A stretch of DNA of 19,366 bases from Archangiaceae bacterium (GCA_043750125.1 JAYVCD010000313.1:1-19366), one strand, 5' to 3'. Shown: positions 8,110 to 16,150, numbered from the stretch's first letter. The notes: generated by a model not told the origin, from the sequence alone. Numbers and translations are program-made.

Positions 8110-8931
8110 ATGACGCTCGACGAGCTGAAGATTCACGTCACCCAGGCTTATGCCGACCGCGAGAAGCTGAAGGAATACCTCTACGCGCGCGCGGTCCGCG
8201 ACACGGTCGAGCTGCTCGACCGGGGAGCGATTCGGGTGGCGGCGAAGGGACCGGACGGCTGGCAGGTTCACGCCTGGGTGAAAGAGGCAATCTTGCTGTA
8301 CTTCGCATTGCAGGAAATGAAGGTGATCGAGATGGCGCCCTTCGAGTTCCACGACAAGATTCCGCTGAAGAAGGGCCTGGCGGACGCGGGCGTTCGGGTG
8401 GTGCCTCCGGGGACGATTCGGTACGGGGCGTTCGTCGAACGGGGCGCGGTGGTGATGCCGGGGTACGTGAACATCGGGGCCTATGTCGGCGGCGGGACGA
8501 TGGTCGACACCTGGGCCACGGTGGGCAGCTGCGCGCAGATTGGCCGCAACGTGCACCTCTCTGGCGGAGTGGGAATCGGCGGAGTGCTCGAGCCGTCGGG
8601 CGCGACTCCGGTGATCATCGAAGACAACTGCTTCATCGGCAGCCGCTGCGTGGTGGTCGAAGGGGTGATCGTCGAGGAAGAAGCGGTGCTGGGCGCCAAC
8701 GTGGTGCTCACCTCGTCGACCCACATCATCGATGTCAGCGGGCCGGAAGAAGTGGTGCTCAAGGGCCGAATTCCCCGGCGCAGCGTGGTGATTCCCGGAA
8801 TGCGGACGCGAAAGTTTCCCGCCGGCGAGTACCTGACCCCGTGTGCGTTGATCATCGGGCAGCGGAAGGCGAGCACGGATCAGAAGACCTCGCTCAACGC
8901 CGCGCTTCGGGACTTCGCGGTGTCGGTGTGA
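8110..8931 (+). CDS. dapD: 2,3,4,5-tetrahydropyridine-2,6-dicarboxylate N-succinyltransferase
   Basis: LLDRGAIRVA, WVKEAILLYF, DKIPLK, RVVPPG, hexapeptide repeats MPGYVNIGAYV...MVDTWATVGSCAQIG, LSGGVGIGGVLEP and KTSLNAALR. Confidence 0.96.
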   Translation: MTLDELKIHVTQAYADREKLKEYLYARAVRDTVELLDRGAIRVAAKGPDGWQVHAWVKEAILLYFALQEMKVIEMAPFEFHDKIPLKKGLADAGVRVVPPGTIRYGAFVERGAVVMPGYVNIGAYVGGGTMVDTWATVGSCAQIGRNVHLSGGVGIGGVLEPSGATPVIIEDNCFIGSRCVVVEGVIVEEEAVLGANVVLTSSTHIIDVSGPEEVVLKGRIPRRSVVIPGMRTRKFPAGEYLTPCALIIGQRKASTDQKTSLNAALRDFAVSV

Positions 8932-9983
8932 CCCTCGCCGAACGGGCGCTGCGGCTGGTCGAGATCCCCAGCCCGATTGGGCACGAGCGGCAGATTGCAG
9001 ACTTCGTCGAGCAGTGGGCCCGCGGGCGCTTTCCCGCAGACCAGGTTTTTCGGCACAGCCATTCGCTGGTGGTGGGAGACCGCTTCGACCCCCGGCCGCA
9101 CGTGGCGCTGATTGGACACCTCGACACCGTGCCCGCACATGGGCAGGCGCCCGAGGCGCGGATCGAAGCGGGGCGGCTGCACGGCCTGGGCAGCTCGGAC
9201 ATGAAGGGCGCGCTGGCGGTGATGATGTCGCTGGCCGAGCGGCTGAAGCTCGACCGGCTGCCGGTGAATTTGCTGCTCGTCTTTTACGAGCGGGAAGAAG
9301 GGCCGTATCTGGACAACGGGCTGGGCCCGCTGATGGCCCAGGTGCCCGAGCTGTCGAAGCTCGCGTTTGGAATCGCGATGGAACCGACCGACAACCGGGT
9401 GCAGGTCGGATGCATGGGCACGCTGCACGCGACGGTGAGCTTCGAGGGGAAGAGCGCGCACTCGGCCCGGCCGTGGCAGGGGAAGAACGCGATTCATGCC
9501 GCGGGAACGCTGCTGACCGAGCTCGAGGCGCGGGGGCGGCACGAGGTGCGGACGGACGGGTTTGCGTTTTACGAAGTGATGACCGCGACGCTGGCGAAGG
9601 GCGGGCGCGCGCGGAACGTGGTCCCCGACGCGTTCGAGCTGAACTTGAACTACCGGTTCTCGCCCTCGAAGAGCCTGGTTCAGGCGCAGGAAGACGTGCG
9701 GGCGCTGGTCGCCGGGCGCGCTTCGGTCGAGTTCACCGACCTCTCGCCGTCGGGGCGGGTGTGCGGGGGAAATGCCTACTTTCAAAAGCTGCAGAAGCTG
9801 ACCGCGCTCGAGGCCGAGTCGAAGCAGGCGTGGACGGATGTCGCGCGTTTCTCGCAGGCGGGGGTCGATGCGGTGAACTTCGGGCCCGGAGAATCAGCGC
9901 AGGCGCACCAGCGCGATGAGAGCGCGCCCGTCGCCGCGTTGGAACAGGCGCACCGGATTCTGACTTCGTTCTTCGAAAGCTAG
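8928..9983 (+). CDS. dapE: Succinyl-diaminopimelate desuccinylase (M20 peptidase family)
   Basis: GHLDTVP, GLGSSDMKG, YEREEG, MEPT, AHSARPWQG, WTDVARF, NFGPG and AH motifs. The GTG start overlaps the dapD stop (GTGA). Confidence 0.93.
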   Translation: MTLAERALRLVEIPSPIGHERQIADFVEQWARGRFPADQVFRHSHSLVVGDRFDPRPHVALIGHLDTVPAHGQAPEARIEAGRLHGLGSSDMKGALAVMMSLAERLKLDRLPVNLLLVFYEREEGPYLDNGLGPLMAQVPELSKLAFGIAMEPTDNRVQVGCMGTLHATVSFEGKSAHSARPWQGKNAIHAAGTLLTELEARGRHEVRTDGFAFYEVMTATLAKGGRARNVVPDAFELNLNYRFSPSKSLVQAQEDVRALVAGRASVEFTDLSPSGRVCGGNAYFQKLQKLTALEAESKQAWTDVARFSQAGVDAVNFGPGESAQAHQRDESAPVAALEQAHRILTSFFES

Positions 9984-10104
9984 CTCGCCAACGGTCGCAA
10001 GTTCCCGCGGCGCGCCCAGCTCGAGGAGCCGCCTGCGCGTCTGCTCGAGGTTCGAATGGGGAAACACCAGGAAGTAACCGTACTCGCCGGTCTTGCACCT
10101 TCGG

Positions 10105-10212
10105 CGCTACCTTGCAGCGGAGCTGATCGAGGGAGAGTCGTTGATGCAGCGGATCAAGCGCGGACCATTGGCTGAGGACGACTTGCTCTCCCAGGGTCCG
10201 GCGGGAAGGTGA
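10105..10212 (+). pseudogene. Short fragment resembling Ser/Thr protein kinase subdomain V
   Basis: RYLAAELIEGESLMQRIKRGPLAEDDLL resembles the YLVMELxEGESLxxRLxxGPL segment of Hanks-type kinases. There is no start codon and no other subdomain. Confidence 0.55.
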
Positions 10213-10226
10213 TCGTCGCAGCTCGC

Positions 10227-10263
10227 TCGACATATCACGAGCCGGGCGTTTAGCATCATGATG
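10227..10263 (+). promoter_or_regulatory. Putative sigma70-type promoter and palindromic operator of vapBC
   Basis: TCGACA (10227-10232), an 18-nt spacer and TAGCAT (10251-10256), ending 6 nt before the GTG start with no SD sequence. The perfect palindrome CATCATGATG (10254-10263) overlaps the -10 element and the start. Confidence 0.6.
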
Positions 10264-10502
10264 TGCGAACCACTGTCACCATTGATGATGCTTTGATGAT
10301 GCAGTTGAAGACAGAGATGCGCCGCGCCGGCGAGTCTCTTCGAGAGACCCTCGAACGGGTCTTGCGGCGTGGGCTGCAGCCGCAGACTCAGTCGAAACGC
10401 CCGCGCTTCAAGATCAAGGCGCGTCCGATGGGCCTGAAGCCTGGGTACAGCTACGACAACATCGGCGAGCTGCTGTCCCGAATGGACCGAGAAGGCATCT
10501 AA
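10263..10502 (+). CDS. vapB: VapB-type antitoxin (ribbon-helix-helix)
   Basis: N-terminus MRTTVTIDDAL, 79 aa, stop overlapping the PIN gene start (TAATG). Confidence 0.88.
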   Translation: MRTTVTIDDALMMQLKTEMRRAGESLRETLERVLRRGLQPQTQSKRPRFKIKARPMGLKPGYSYDNIGELLSRMDREGI

Positions 10503-10939
10503 TGCACGTCCTCGACGCCAACATCCTGCTCTACGCCTACGACGCTGACAGCGCCCACCACAAACGGGTCTTCGCAGCTCTCGACGAATTGCTTGCCACT
10601 GGCGAAACGGTTTACCTGCCATGGCTGGCGGTCGTGGCGTTCGTTCGAGTCGCCAGCTCGCCGGGGCTGCTGAAGAGACCCTTGAGCCTGAGTGACGCGT
10701 TCGGGATAATCGAAGAGCTGTTCGACGAACCGAACGTTCGAGTTCTCGACCCTGGGCCGACTCATCTGCGCGAGTTTCGTGACGCGGCTGAGGATGGGCA
10801 GGTGACGGGTCCGATGGTGACCGACGCACATCTCGCAGCACTGGCAATCGAGAACGGGATTCAATTCTGGTCCGCCGACAAGGACTTCTCGCGATTCTCA
10901 CGGCTTCGCTGGAAGAACCCCCTGCTGCGCGCGAAATAG
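10502..10939 (+). CDS. vapC: VapC PIN-domain toxin
   Basis: VLDANILLYA, VTDAHLAALAIE and SADKDFSRF; 145 aa. Confidence 0.93.
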   Translation: MHVLDANILLYAYDADSAHHKRVFAALDELLATGETVYLPWLAVVAFVRVASSPGLLKRPLSLSDAFGIIEELFDEPNVRVLDPGPTHLREFRDAAEDGQVTGPMVTDAHLAALAIENGIQFWSADKDFSRFSRLRWKNPLLRAK

Positions 10940-11003
10940 TGTCTTTAAATACACTGAGGAACTGATTGTTGCGACACTGATAAGCTGGGGTGCATGATTT
11001 CGC

Positions 11004-11068
11004 TGCTGGCGCAGCGCAATCCAGGACGCTGGACCAAAACTGGCCAACGTTGCCGAATCGGGGCTGAA
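11004..11068 (+). repeat. Dispersed 65-bp direct repeat, copy 1 (copy 2 at 19194..19258)
   Basis: Ungapped manual alignment gives 58/65 identities, with core GCAATCCAGGAnGCTGGACCAAAACTGGCCnACGTTGCCGAA. Confidence 0.85.
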
Positions 11069-11112
11069 GTGGCCGAAAGTTCGGCGCGTGCAGCCCCCCG
11101 CTCGATTTTTCC

Positions 11113-11319
11113 TCAAGGTTTCTTCGGCGCGGGCGGCGGCGGGGTGAGAGTTCTCACTGGAAACGGTTCGCCTTGATCGTCGATTCCGGGCGCAAAGCTG
11201 GTCATCTTTCCTGGCTTTCCTTTTCCATCGGGCGTGGGCAACGCCTTCCGCAGTCCGGCGCTGTCCTTCTTCATCCGCTCGAGAATTTCTTTCTCTTCTT
11301 TCGTCAGCTCGTCGCTCAC
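11113..11319 (-). CDS. 68-aa protein coupled to the annexin-ART gene (candidate immunity or accessory protein)
   Basis: GTG start overlaps the upstream TGA (GTGA), with GAGGTG 5 nt upstream. It has a charged N-terminal helix (MSDELTKEEKEILERMKKDS) and a Pro-rich tail. Confidence 0.7.
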   Translation of the reverse strand: MSDELTKEEKEILERMKKDSAGLRKALPTPDGKGKPGKMTSFAPGIDDQGEPFPVRTLTPPPPAPKKP

Positions 11320-14021
11320 TTCACCACCTCGCTCAAATAGACCGTGGTGCGCCCGGTCGTCTTGTCGAGGTCCTTGGACAACACCTTGAACGCGGTGCCC
11401 GGCGTGAAGAGGACCTCTTTCTCGGCCGCGTAGTCCGACAGAAACGAGACATCGCGCCCATTTTTCACCGCGTTGATGACGAACAAGGTGTTGGCGTTGC
11501 CGAAGTTCTTGGCGACCGACTCATCGAGGGTCGTGCTGAGGAACGCCTTCTCTGCGATCACCTCGCCCTTGACGTACTTGTCGAGGACCGCGGGATCCAG
11601 ATGGGCCCCACGAAACACCGTCCCCTGGTGGGACGGCAGCTGATTGAGCGCAGAAGAGGCTCCCTTCACTCCGCTCGCCATTCCTTCCTGCGTCTTCCAC
11701 AGCGCGGTTTCACCTCGGAGCGCCGAGTTCATCTTCCGGTAGTAGTCACCGGTGTAAGCCTTGAGCGCCATCAGATCTTCTTTCGGAATCTTCGCGATAC
11801 CGGGGTTGGCGGCCTGCAGATCCCTGACCTTGCTCTCGTACTTGTAGGCATTTTCGGTCAGCCATTCCTTCGATTGGGCCCGGGTCGACACATCGGATTG
11901 GTACCGGGAAAGATCGATCTTCTCGCCCCCTACGTCGCTGTTGGTCGACACGTAGACGACCTTCGGCGGTGCCAGACCCTTGAGGCCGCCGATCGTCCCG
12001 CTGGTCGCCGCTCCGAACGCAGCGCCGAGCGCGCCGGCTTTGGCGACATTGCCTACTCCCGCGACAATTCCCTTGTCCCAGGTGCTGTCGGTGAACGCGG
12101 AGCCGCTCGCGCCGTTGATCCCACCGCTCACTGCGCCCTGGGTCGCGCCGTCGACCGCGGAGATCGCGACCCGCGCCGCCACGCTGCCTTCCGCCTTGAG
12201 CACCGAGCCCATCGCACCGCTCACCACCTTCTGCGCCGCACCACCGCCGATCAAGCTCGAGACTCCGTCGGCCGCGCCAATCGCCCCGTCGAGCGCTGCG
12301 GCGCCGGCGCTGTAGCCCTGGCCGGCGATCAAGCCCTTGGTCACGACCCGGGCGGTGGCTCCCCCGCCCGCGCCTGCCAGGGCCGCGACCACCAGCGGAG
12401 TCCCCGCTCCTGCCGTCGCCACCGCGATTCCGATTGCGGCAGTCGTGGTTACAACCGTCGCCACTGCATTGCCTGCGCTGTCCTTCGATTCGCGGTACAG
12501 CGAGACGTCGTCCTGGGTGTAGCCGATCAATTCGCCCAGCCGCTGGCTCTCGACCGCGTCGAGCTTTCCGTCTTTCTTCGCGTCTGCGTAGAAGGTGTTG
12601 GCGCGGTCGATGTTGCCGTCGAGCAGCTTGCCCTTGCCATTCAAGCCATCCATCACGAATTTGCTCGCCGCGTTCGCCAGGCCGCTGCGCTCGAAGGCGC
12701 GGGCCTCGTTCATCTTCTTCAGTGCCTGTTCGGGTGACGTGGGGATGCCAGCCAGGTTCTGCTTGAGCTCGAACGCATCACGGCCACCGACTTCGCCGCG
12801 CAGATCTTTGACCAGGTCGCTGCCGAACTGGGCCTGGTAGTCGGTCTTCAACTGGGCGATCTCTTCGCGGGTCCGGCCGGCGAGCACCTGAGTGATCTTC
12901 GCTTCGTCCGTTCCCATGCCCGTCATCGCCATTCGCAGCTCTTCGACGTCCGAGACCTTGCCGGTCGTCAGCAGCGACTTCGCGCGGAGCAAATCTTCAC
13001 CGCGCAGCTCTTTGTGCAGGTCGCTGAGCAGCTCGACGCCATTGACCTTCTTGTACTCGGCAGCGATCGCAGCCCGCTCGGTCCCCGATTTTCCCTCGAG
13101 GGTGGCCATGATCGCGCTCTCGTCGGTGCCCATGCCCTTCATCGCGGCTTTCAGCCTGGCCGCCGCCGCGCCCACTGCGTCGCCTTTGAGCAGCGCCTGC
13201 GCCTGCTGCCTCTGCGGGCCGGTGAGCTCTTTGTTCAGATCGGTGCTCAGCTCTGAGCCGGTTTGATTCTTGTACGACGCCAAAATCGCCGCGCGCGCTG
13301 CGGGGCCCTTGCCTTCGAGGGTCTTGAACAACGCTTGTTCGTCGGTCCCCAGCCCGGACATCGCCTTGCGCAGGCTCGCGGCATCGGCGCCCGCGGCATC
13401 TGAGTTGAGCAGCGCCCGGGCCCGGATCAGATCCGAGCCGCCCAGCTCTTTCGACAGCGCGTGGTCGAGGCTTCCGTGGTTCGTCTCGAAGCTCTGCTTG
13501 ATGGCCTTCAGGTCCTCGGGTTTCTTGCCTTGGAGCGCGCCGAACAGGCTCGACTCGTTGGTTCCCATTCCCTTCATCGCCCCGTAGAGCTGCTCGGCAG
13601 CCGCGGCCGACGCGTCACCTTTGAGCAGCGCTCGAGCGCGGGTCTGGTCCGTCCCCGACAGCTCTTTGTTCAGATCGGTGACCAGGTCGCGCTTGTAGTG
13701 ATCGGCGTACGTCTTCTTGATCGTGCCGATCTGCCCCGGCGATTTACCCTCGAGCGTGCGGAAGATCGCCGCCTCGTCGGTGCCCGCGCCGAAAATGCCG
13801 CCTTTCATCGCCTTGTACAGCGCGCTCGCATCGGGAGCGGCGTTGTAGGGCGGCTCCACGCTCGCCTTCACCGGCCGTGCTGCCACCGCCTTTGGAACCC
13901 AGCCCGCGGCGGGCTTGCTCACCAGTGTCGCCGCGACTGGCTTTGCGACAGGCACGGCTGCAGCAGTGGGTGCGATTGAGACTGGCTTGAGGGTTGCCGG
14001 GCGGCGGGGACCGTCGATCAC
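11316..14021 (-). CDS. Annexin-repeat protein with a hydrophobic Gly/Ala segment and a C-terminal R-S-E ADP-ribosyltransferase domain (~901 aa)
   Basis: Start set at GTG 14021 with AGGAG (14028-14032) 6 nt upstream. Five AMxGxGT(D/N)E repeats are followed by a hydrophobic run AVATVVTTTAAIGIAVATAGAGTPLVVAALAG. ART motifs are AYTG..Y..MNSALR, VFRG, FLSTT and EKEVLF. Confidence 0.9.
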   Translation of the reverse strand: MIDGPRRPATLKPVSIAPTAAAVPVAKPVAATLVSKPAAGWVPKAVAARPVKASVEPPYNAAPDASALYKAMKGGIFGAGTDEAAIFRTLEGKSPGQIGTIKKTYADHYKRDLVTDLNKELSGTDQTRARALLKGDASAAAAEQLYGAMKGMGTNESSLFGALQGKKPEDLKAIKQSFETNHGSLDHALSKELGGSDLIRARALLNSDAAGADAASLRKAMSGLGTDEQALFKTLEGKGPAARAAILASYKNQTGSELSTDLNKELTGPQRQQAQALLKGDAVGAAAARLKAAMKGMGTDESAIMATLEGKSGTERAAIAAEYKKVNGVELLSDLHKELRGEDLLRAKSLLTTGKVSDVEELRMAMTGMGTDEAKITQVLAGRTREEIAQLKTDYQAQFGSDLVKDLRGEVGGRDAFELKQNLAGIPTSPEQALKKMNEARAFERSGLANAASKFVMDGLNGKGKLLDGNIDRANTFYADAKKDGKLDAVESQRLGELIGYTQDDVSLYRESKDSAGNAVATVVTTTAAIGIAVATAGAGTPLVVAALAGAGGGATARVVTKGLIAGQGYSAGAAALDGAIGAADGVSSLIGGGAAQKVVSGAMGSVLKAEGSVAARVAISAVDGATQGAVSGGINGASGSAFTDSTWDKGIVAGVGNVAKAGALGAAFGAATSGTIGGLKGLAPPKVVYVSTNSDVGGEKIDLSRYQSDVSTRAQSKEWLTENAYKYESKVRDLQAANPGIAKIPKEDLMALKAYTGDYYRKMNSALRGETALWKTQEGMASGVKGASSALNQLPSHQGTVFRGAHLDPAVLDKYVKGEVIAEKAFLSTTLDESVAKNFGNANTLFVINAVKNGRDVSFLSDYAAEKEVLFTPGTAFKVLSKDLDKTTGRTTVYLSEVVK
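12750..13832 (-). repeat. Five tandem ~72-aa annexin repeats (protein-level repeat)
   Basis: GAGTDE, GMGTNE, GLGTDE, GMGTDE and GMGTDE are each followed by a Glu after 38, 37, 38, 38 and 38 residues (KELSG, KELGG, KELTG, KELRG, GEVGG). Confidence 0.9.
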
Positions 14022-14167
14022 TGAGGACTCCTGGTGAGGGGAAACGTGCCCCTGGATGAGACGAGGGCGAACGAAACCCGGATGCTCAAACAACACAACG
14101 TATATCGAAAGCCGTGGCAGATGTAACGGCACGTCCGCTCCGTGAAGCGGCCTCTTCCTGATGACTT

Positions 14168-14204
14168 CTCCCCCCGCGTCAGCTCGAGCGGGGGGGAGTT
14201 TTTT
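14168..14204 (+). terminator. Intrinsic terminator-like hairpin
   Basis: CTCCCCCCGC, a loop, GCGGGGGGGAG, then TTTTTT directly after. Confidence 0.6.
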
Positions 14205-14339
14205 GCCCGGGAACAACTCTTCGAACTCGGGTCGCAGGACACTGCCGCAGCCCTGCAGGTCGGGCCCCATTGCATTGGGCGTCCGAAGTCCGATCAACTA
14301 TGAGATATTGAGGGGCGTAGTAGCCCAGGGGGGGCTCAG

Positions 14340-15548
14340 ATGCCAACAGTCGCGAACGATCAAGACCGTCTTCGGTCGCTGAGGAGCTACGAGCTGCTCG
14401 ACACTCCACCAGAGGCCGTCTTCGACGCCGTGGTGCAGATCGCCTCGAGGCTCTTCACGGTTCCGATTGCGCTGATCTCATTGGTCGATGAGACCCGCCA
14501 GTGGTTCAAGGCCAGGGTGGGGCTCGAGCCGCCTCAGACGCACCGGGACGTCTCCTTTTGCGATCACGCCATTCGGCAGGCCGGGCCGATGATCGTCACC
14601 GATGCGCTGACGGACCCCCGCTTCGCAACCAACCCGCTGGTCCTCGGAGATCCAAAGATCCGTTTCTATTGTGGCGTGCCGCTGCGAACACCCGAGGGGC
14701 ACGCGCTCGGAACGCTGTGCATCATCGACCGCGTCCCGCGCCGCCTCGACCGCGACGAGATCGAACTGCTCACCCGGTTGGCAACAATCGTCGAGACCGA
14801 ATTCGAGCTTCGCAGGCGGCTCCGCCTCATCGACCTGAAGATCCAGGACGCCACGAAGACGCAGCGGGCCAAGGAAATGTTGGCGAGCATGCTGGTGCAC
14901 GATCTCCGCAGCCCCCTGACGACGATTGCGTTGTTGGCGAGCGTGCTGGCCAACGACAGTCCGCAGTCGCAAGAGATGGTCGCCGAGTTGATGGAAGCGG
15001 CAGAGACGATGCGGCGGATGCTCAACGACGTGCTCGACATCTGCCTCGCAGAGAGTGGGGAGCTGAAGCCTCGCGTTCGGCCGCTGGTTGCGCCGCAGCT
15101 GATTCAAGCGCTGGCCCCTGGGTGGCGTCGCGCGGTGCAGGCCAGGGCGCAGCGCCTGATCCTCGACCTCCCCGAGGTGGCTCATTCCTTCGAGGGCGAT
15201 CCGGAACTGCTCAGCCGGGTGCTGGCGAATCTCGTGGGGAACGCGATCCAATACGGCCCGACGGGCCAGACGATCACCGTTGGCACCCGGTTGCTGCCGA
15301 CCGGGGCAACGGGCTTCGAGGTCCTCGACCGTTGTCCGACGATTCCCACCGAGCAGACAGACGCGATCTTCGCGGCCTTCGAGCGCTTCGAGGATGGCCG
15401 AATGCACCCCGGTGGCCGCGGCCTCGGCCTTGCGTTCTGCAAGCTGGCGGTGGAGGCCCACGGGGGCACAATCGGGGTGGAGCCTGCCGAGGGGGGCAAC
15501 CGCTTCTATTTCACCCTGCCCCCGCCGCCGCAGCACGCCCGCGCCTGA
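14340..15548 (+). CDS. GAF-domain sensor histidine kinase (soluble)
   Basis: GAF region LLDTPPE..FD...PIALISLVD...QWFKA...SFCDHAI...DPRFATNPLV...RFYCGVPL...LGTLCIID. H-box HDLRSPL, N-box NLVGNAIQY and G2 box GRGLGLAFCK. The G1 box is degenerate (DRCPTI). Confidence 0.92.
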   Translation: MPTVANDQDRLRSLRSYELLDTPPEAVFDAVVQIASRLFTVPIALISLVDETRQWFKARVGLEPPQTHRDVSFCDHAIRQAGPMIVTDALTDPRFATNPLVLGDPKIRFYCGVPLRTPEGHALGTLCIIDRVPRRLDRDEIELLTRLATIVETEFELRRRLRLIDLKIQDATKTQRAKEMLASMLVHDLRSPLTTIALLASVLANDSPQSQEMVAELMEAAETMRRMLNDVLDICLAESGELKPRVRPLVAPQLIQALAPGWRRAVQARAQRLILDLPEVAHSFEGDPELLSRVLANLVGNAIQYGPTGQTITVGTRLLPTGATGFEVLDRCPTIPTEQTDAIFAAFERFEDGRMHPGGRGLGLAFCKLAVEAHGGTIGVEPAEGGNRFYFTLPPPPQHARA

Positions 15549-15560
15549 GGTCGACGGGGG

Positions 15561-15972
15561 TCGTTGCCTCACCGAATCTGCTACCGGCCGTGGCGGACCA
15601 GTGGAGGCCACAATGGGAACGAAAATCAGCGCGGAAGCGAGACAGCAGTTGGTGCAGGCGATCGGCGAGCGGTACCGAGGCGGCTCGAAGGACGAGAAGG
15701 TTCGGATCCTGGACGAGTTCGTCGCGGTCACGGGATTCCACCGGAAGCACTCGATTCGGATCTTGAACACCACCGAGCCGAGCTCGCCGAAGCGACCTCC
15801 ACGTCTGCGACTCTACGACCAAGCGGTCCGGGAGGCCCTCGTCGTCCTTTGGGAGGCTTCGGACCGAATCTGCGGCAAGAGGCTCAAGCCGCTGGTTCCG
15901 TTGTTGATCGTGGCGCTGGAGAAGCATGGGCACCTTCGGCTTGACGAGGTCATTCGCACGAAGCTGTTGATG
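15561..15972 (+). mobile_element. Truncated IS remnant: N-terminal ~120 aa of an ISNCY-like (integrase-core type) transposase with a possible left end
   Basis: ATG 15613 with GGAGG gives MGTKISAEARQQLVQAIGERY...EKVRILDEFVAVTGFHRKHSIRIL...YDQAVREALVVLWEASDRICGKRL. Similarity stops near 15972, before any DDE domain. TCGTTGCCTCA at 15561 resembles the terminus I recall for such elements; no partner repeat was seen. Confidence 0.8.
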
Positions 15973-16150
15973 GTGCCTCCGCTTCCAACTGCCCACAGGT
16001 CGTTCGAAGCCGCCCCCCAGATCCCTACCGCAGTCACATCGTTGGGGCCACTTCCCCAGACGCCGTTGAGGTCCTCGCTCACGCCTGGAACCGCCCCCCA
16101 GCTCACCCCGTCGAAGTGAACGAGTCCGGCGCTGCCCGCTGGCCAGATGT
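15970..16150 (-). pseudogene. Fragment of a VWGSGxxDVWAVG-repeat beta-propeller protein
   Basis: VHFDGVSWGAVPGVSEDLNGVWGSGPNDVTAVG joins directly to IWGAASNDLWAVGSGGTI, so two repeat units are fused without their linker. The fragment abuts the broken transposase. Confidence 0.65.

Noticed and set aside
14050-14170. Hammerhead-like words (CTGGATGAG..CGAAAC; GAAA..CTGATGA)
   Set aside because: The stems do not abut the core motifs and the UH cleavage site is not correctly placed, so no valid hammerhead topology could be built.
14022-14297. 92-aa N-terminal extension of the 993-aa ORF
   Set aside because: It has atypical composition and spans hairpin and terminator sequence, while a good AGGAG-6 nt-GTG start exists at 14021.
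15973-16119. C-terminal continuation of the transposase ORF to the stop at 16119
   Set aside because: It is read-through into the reverse strand of the propeller fragment and contains no DDE residues, so the transposase is not intact.
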